From Gemmatimonadota bacterium (lineage in GTDB: Bacteria; Gemmatimonadota; Gemmatimonadetes; Gemmatimonadales; GWC2-71-9): a stretch of 21,033 nucleotides of DNA. Shown here piece after piece: positions 17,562 to 21,033 of this stretch. The position numbers and the translations under genes were made by a program. The notes beneath the pieces were generated by a model. It saw nothing but the letters and a program-made list of their open reading frames with translations, made no database searches and was not told where the DNA came from. Position 1 is the stretch's first letter; each line of letters starts with the position of its first letter. Where the stretch lies: NCBI GenBank assembly GCA_036679605.1, contig JAZDCZ010000134.1:1-21033 (forward strand). Reading direction: 5' to 3'.

Positions 17562-20500
17562 TTTCGGCCGCGCCTCCGAATCTTCCAGAGCAAGAACCCA
17601 GGTGCGTAGCCGAGCCACAAGATCATACCCACGCCGCACGCCCCGCCGGTTCGACCGTCGCCTGCTGTTGGCGCGGGCGTCACTGAGTCTTCGTCTGCTA
17701 CGTCTTCGTCGATCAGTGCAGCGTCGTCGCCCTGTTCTCCGCCGTTGTCTGGCGTCTCGCCGCTGGCGTCGTCCGGGGTTCCGGACTGCCCGCCCGGCCA
17801 ATCGGTCGCAGGAGGCGGTTCACCGTTCAGATCGAGCCGGAAGACACCGCCGCCTTCAGTGCCCGCGTACAGAAACGCGCCGTCATCCGAGATGGCGAGG
17901 GCGTTTACCGAGCGCTGATCCAGGCCTGTGTTCACTGCCAGCCATGTGACTCCGCCATCAGTGGACAAGTAGACTCCGCTCAGCAAGTCACCCGCGTACA
18001 CGCGCTGGCCGTCCGTGGGGTCGACGACCACGCTGTGTACCTCAGCGGTCGGATTCAGACCCGCGGCGGATTGCGCCCATGAGACTCCGGCGTCGGTACT
18101 TCGGTACACGGCGTCTTCGGCGAGTCCCGCGAAGATGATTTCCGTGTTGGAAGGATCGATGGTAAGAGCAAGCACCGGCAGTTCAGGCAGTCCCGCCCCA
18201 CTTGGCGTCCAAGTTTGTCCCCCGTCGCTCGTCTTGAATACACCGGCCGTGGGCATCGAGGCGTACACCGTCAATGGATCGTCCGGATGGACCGCCAGCG
18301 CGACGACGGCGGTGTCCCGGCCTTGCTGACCTTGGGCCAGAGACCACGTTGCCCCGCCATCATCCGAAACATGAAAACCCATTCCTGGGAGGTCACAGTC
18401 GATTCCAGGATCCCGCAGCGCTTCGATTGCGTTCGATCTGCATTGATCCGGAGCCAGACCCGCGTAGACCCGGGAGGGGCTGGAAGGGGCGAAAACCAGG
18501 GTAACAGGGCCCTCCCCCGCGTCGGATAGTCCCGATGCCAAGTGCCAACTCCGCCCTCCGTCACGACTGTGAACGACATTGGAAATATCCCACGGTGCCG
18601 CCAGCAGGTGGTCGGCGTCAGCCGGGTTTACGGCCAGGGCACGGATCTCGGCTAGTTTGGCATCAGGCAACTCGGGAGGCGCATACGCCAGCCCCGTCCA
18701 AGTGTCCCCACCATCATCCGTCCGCAGCACGCCTGTACGACCGCCGGTCACAATCGTCCCGGGAAGTCCGGGAGCCACGACGACATGGCGCACCATCGCA
18801 CCGGTATATCCTTGGGCCGCGGTTATCCACGTCTCTCCACCGTTGGTGGAAAGGAAGTTGCCGCCCAGGTAGCTGTTCACGAAAACCCGCATGGGATCGC
18901 GTGGGTCGCACTGCATGTCGATCGGAAAACCGGCGAGGATCCCCGGTGGCCCCCAGGTTTCGTGGTTGCTGAACCGCTGCCAGGTATGGCCGCCGTCGTC
19001 GCTGCGATAGACAGCGTCGGTGGTCGCGGCATACGCCACCATCGGATCGGCCGTACAAATCTCTACCGTCGTGAACTCTTCACGTCCACTTGCCGGGGTC
19101 ACGACCCGTTCCCAGTGCTCCCCGCCGTCCTCGGTCATAAAAACGCCGCCGGTATGGCCCCCGCCTAAGGAGGACCAAACGTCGTGAGTCGCGGCTGCCA
19201 GAAGCACGTCCGGATTGGTCGGATGCATGAACAAACTTCCGACGTAGAGGTCGAGCAGGCCATTATCTTGATTCAAAACACGCCAGGTCTCCCCGCCGTC
19301 GGTGGACTTGATGATGCCGACACCACCCGCAAACTCTGTCGTGGCGTCGGTGTTGGCCGCGTCACGGTCAAAGATGCCGGTTGAGACGTAGAGCACGTCT
19401 GGATCACGCGGGTCGATCCAACAGTACCGAGCCAGGTTGTCACCGCGCCAGATCTCAGTCCACTGTTCGCCTCCATTGGTTGTTCTGTAGACCACGCCCT
19501 GCGTCATGTCGAACATGGACCCCGTGCGTTGGCTGCCGTCCGCCGTCCATCCGGGGCTGGCAATTTCGCCCATGGCGTAGACGATGGCCGAGCCGCGTGG
19601 GTCCACGGTGAAACCCCGGAAGCTCAGGGCCGAAGCGATGCGTTCGTCGATCCCGTTGGTCATCTCAACCCAGCTTTGACCGCCGTCGGTGGACTTGTAG
19701 ATGTCCCCGGTGCTCTGCGTGCCGGCCCAAACGATGTTCGAGTCGTGTGGGTCAACGGTCGCGCTGAATACGGGAACGATGTCGCCGGTGCGGCCGGTGC
19801 GTGCGGTGATGCCCTCGTTGCTGGATGACCAAGTCAGTCCGTTGTCATCGCTAATGTGCAGGCCGGCGTGGCCTTCGGTAACGTACCATGTACGCGGATC
19901 ACCGAACTTGTAGCGGATGTCATAACCCAGCCCACCCGGGGGGCCCCCGGTTCGGATCCAGATCAGCCCGGGTGGAGGGGCCGGGGGCGCCGGTGTCAGC
20001 ACTTCAACATCGTCAAGCCAGAATGGGGCTTCGAAGGACTCAAACGAGATTCCACCGGCGCTGAGCGGGTCCGGATCGGTGTAGGTCAGGATCTCGACAC
20101 CGTCGACACTGACCGTCAAGGTCGCAGCCTTGCCGTCGATCTCCAGTGTTTGCCATTGCCCGTAGCTTATGCCTGATCCGCTCGCCAGATCGTTGACAAA
20201 CGTATCGGGGTCAGTCTGCTTGTTGAGGACGATGTCGCTTGCGCTTAAGGTGAGGAAGTACCGACTCTCACCAGCATCGCGGTAGCTTACGTGAGCCATG
20301 TCTCCCTCCAGGAGAACCCGGCAGCGCAACAGTGAGTCGGTCCAGACTCCCTCCTCGTAGCCGCTGTGGGCGTGTCCCTGCCCGTCACCCCGAAGCCCGA
20401 ATCCGTCTTCGACCGGTTGTATCTCCCACCCCGGATTGAGCCACCAGCCAGCTGCCTCGCCGCTGTCGAAGTCCTCCGAGTAGGCAACAGTGTCGTTGTC

Positions 20501-20656
20501 GGTCTGTCCGTTGGCGGCATCGTAGGCAGAAGTCGTCATGAGCAGGACGACCCCAACGGAAAACACCGATATACGGAACCGGCGAACCGGAACGACACGG
20601 GTCGCCCAATCGCGTGGGCACAAGAACCTGCTGCAACCGTTCGACCAGACGTGCAT
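17558..20656 (-). CDS. Secreted BNR/Asp-box (VPS10/YCF48/GH74-like) beta-propeller protein with N-terminal ConA-like domain and CGxG-TM-basic tail
   Basis: 13 S/TxDGGxxW-type Asp boxes, an N-terminal YSEDFD...WQTLEI...GGISF...WLDDVEV domain, an acidic linker and the tail GACGVGMILWLGYAPGFLLWKIRRRGRK. Start at 20656 chosen for its GAGGAG RBS. Confidence 0.88.
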   Translation of the reverse strand: MHVWSNGCSRFLCPRDWATRVVPVRRFRISVFSVGVVLLMTTSAYDAANGQTDNDTVAYSEDFDSGEAAGWWLNPGWEIQPVEDGFGLRGDGQGHAHSGYEEGVWTDSLLRCRVLLEGDMAHVSYRDAGESRYFLTLSASDIVLNKQTDPDTFVNDLASGSGISYGQWQTLEIDGKAATLTVSVDGVEILTYTDPDPLSAGGISFESFEAPFWLDDVEVLTPAPPAPPPGLIWIRTGGPPGGLGYDIRYKFGDPRTWYVTEGHAGLHISDDNGLTWSSSNEGITARTGRTGDIVPVFSATVDPHDSNIVWAGTQSTGDIYKSTDGGQSWVEMTNGIDERIASALSFRGFTVDPRGSAIVYAMGEIASPGWTADGSQRTGSMFDMTQGVVYRTTNGGEQWTEIWRGDNLARYCWIDPRDPDVLYVSTGIFDRDAANTDATTEFAGGVGIIKSTDGGETWRVLNQDNGLLDLYVGSLFMHPTNPDVLLAAATHDVWSSLGGGHTGGVFMTEDGGEHWERVVTPASGREEFTTVEICTADPMVAYAATTDAVYRSDDGGHTWQRFSNHETWGPPGILAGFPIDMQCDPRDPMRVFVNSYLGGNFLSTNGGETWITAAQGYTGAMVRHVVVAPGLPGTIVTGGRTGVLRTDDGGDTWTGLAYAPPELPDAKLAEIRALAVNPADADHLLAAPWDISNVVHSRDGGRSWHLASGLSDAGEGPVTLVFAPSSPSRVYAGLAPDQCRSNAIEALRDPGIDCDLPGMGFHVSDDGGATWSLAQGQQGRDTAVVALAVHPDDPLTVYASMPTAGVFKTSDGGQTWTPSGAGLPELPVLALTIDPSNTEIIFAGLAEDAVYRSTDAGVSWAQSAAGLNPTAEVHSVVVDPTDGQRVYAGDLLSGVYLSTDGGVTWLAVNTGLDQRSVNALAISDDGAFLYAGTEGGGVFRLDLNGEPPPATDWPGGQSGTPDDASGETPDNGGEQGDDAALIDEDVADEDSVTPAPTAGDGRTGGACGVGMILWLGYAPGFLLWKIRRRGRK

Positions 20657-20931
20657 GACCTGATCTCCTCTGCTGAGGCCGACACACGGCTCCACGGCCT
20701 CCCACCGCTGGCGTGGATCGCCGCTGCTGCCTTCAGTATTCAATCGTCGATTTCCCGGAAACGAATCGCTGTTTTTTCGGAAGAAATGCGGCTTCGAGCC
20801 TTACCCCCGCATATTTCATGACTCCGAGTTTTCTGGTCTGCTTGGTGAGTTCTGATCGGCTAAAGTGTTCATCGGCGTCATCGGCGCACAGCACCCCCTT
20901 TCCCCCATTGCGATTCTCCGGAACTGAGTCT

Positions 20932-21033
20932 CTAGCTGTCTCCGGTTACTAACTCTCGGTAGGTAATGGCTTTAGCGCCCACCGCCGCTTCGACGAGGCG
21001 GTCGAACAGCCTCGACTCCAGCCAGCGGCGGTT
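20932..21033 (-). mobile_element. IS1595-family transposase C-terminal fragment, partial at the window edge
   Basis: Manual translation NRRWLESRLFDRLVEAAVGAKAITYRELVTGDS* matches the (F)NRR...LFxRL..AA.....TY..LV tail of IS1595-family transposases. Confidence 0.75.

Noticed and set aside
20981..21032. Nested hairpin ACCGCCGCT...AGCGGCGGT as an ncRNA or terminator
   Set aside because: It lies within the IS1595 transposase coding tail, and GC-rich pairing can arise by chance.

Overview
GC-rich accessory region that looks like Planctomycetota/Phycisphaerae, an inference from the DCNxNGIPD and dockerin-like tails, HAF repeats and CGxG-hydrophobic-RRR C-termini. Most real genes lie on the minus strand. 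The window starts in the 3' end of an IS4-family element and ends in the 3' end of an IS1595-family transposase. It has four parts: (i) a co-oriented four-gene c-type cytochrome cluster (frameshifted P460-family lipoprotein, tetraheme c554 homologue, monoheme lipoprotein, and a DUF3365/Tll0287-like heme protein cut by IS4); (ii) secreted or surface proteins (5'-truncated LamG/HAF protein, P-domain plus alkaline-phosphatase-superfamily protein, Cys-rich lipoprotein); (iii) a decayed surface-glycan patch (Asn-synthetase-like gene, GT4 and NeuA-like pseudogenes, polytopic membrane protein) with one intact and one internally deleted IS5; (iv) a translationally coupled pair encoding a 13-Asp-box beta-propeller protein and a pentaheme cytochrome lipoprotein. 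Several features are missing from the supplied ORF track and were read by manual translation. No RNA genes or CRISPR arrays were seen. All family assignments come from recalled motifs, not database searches.
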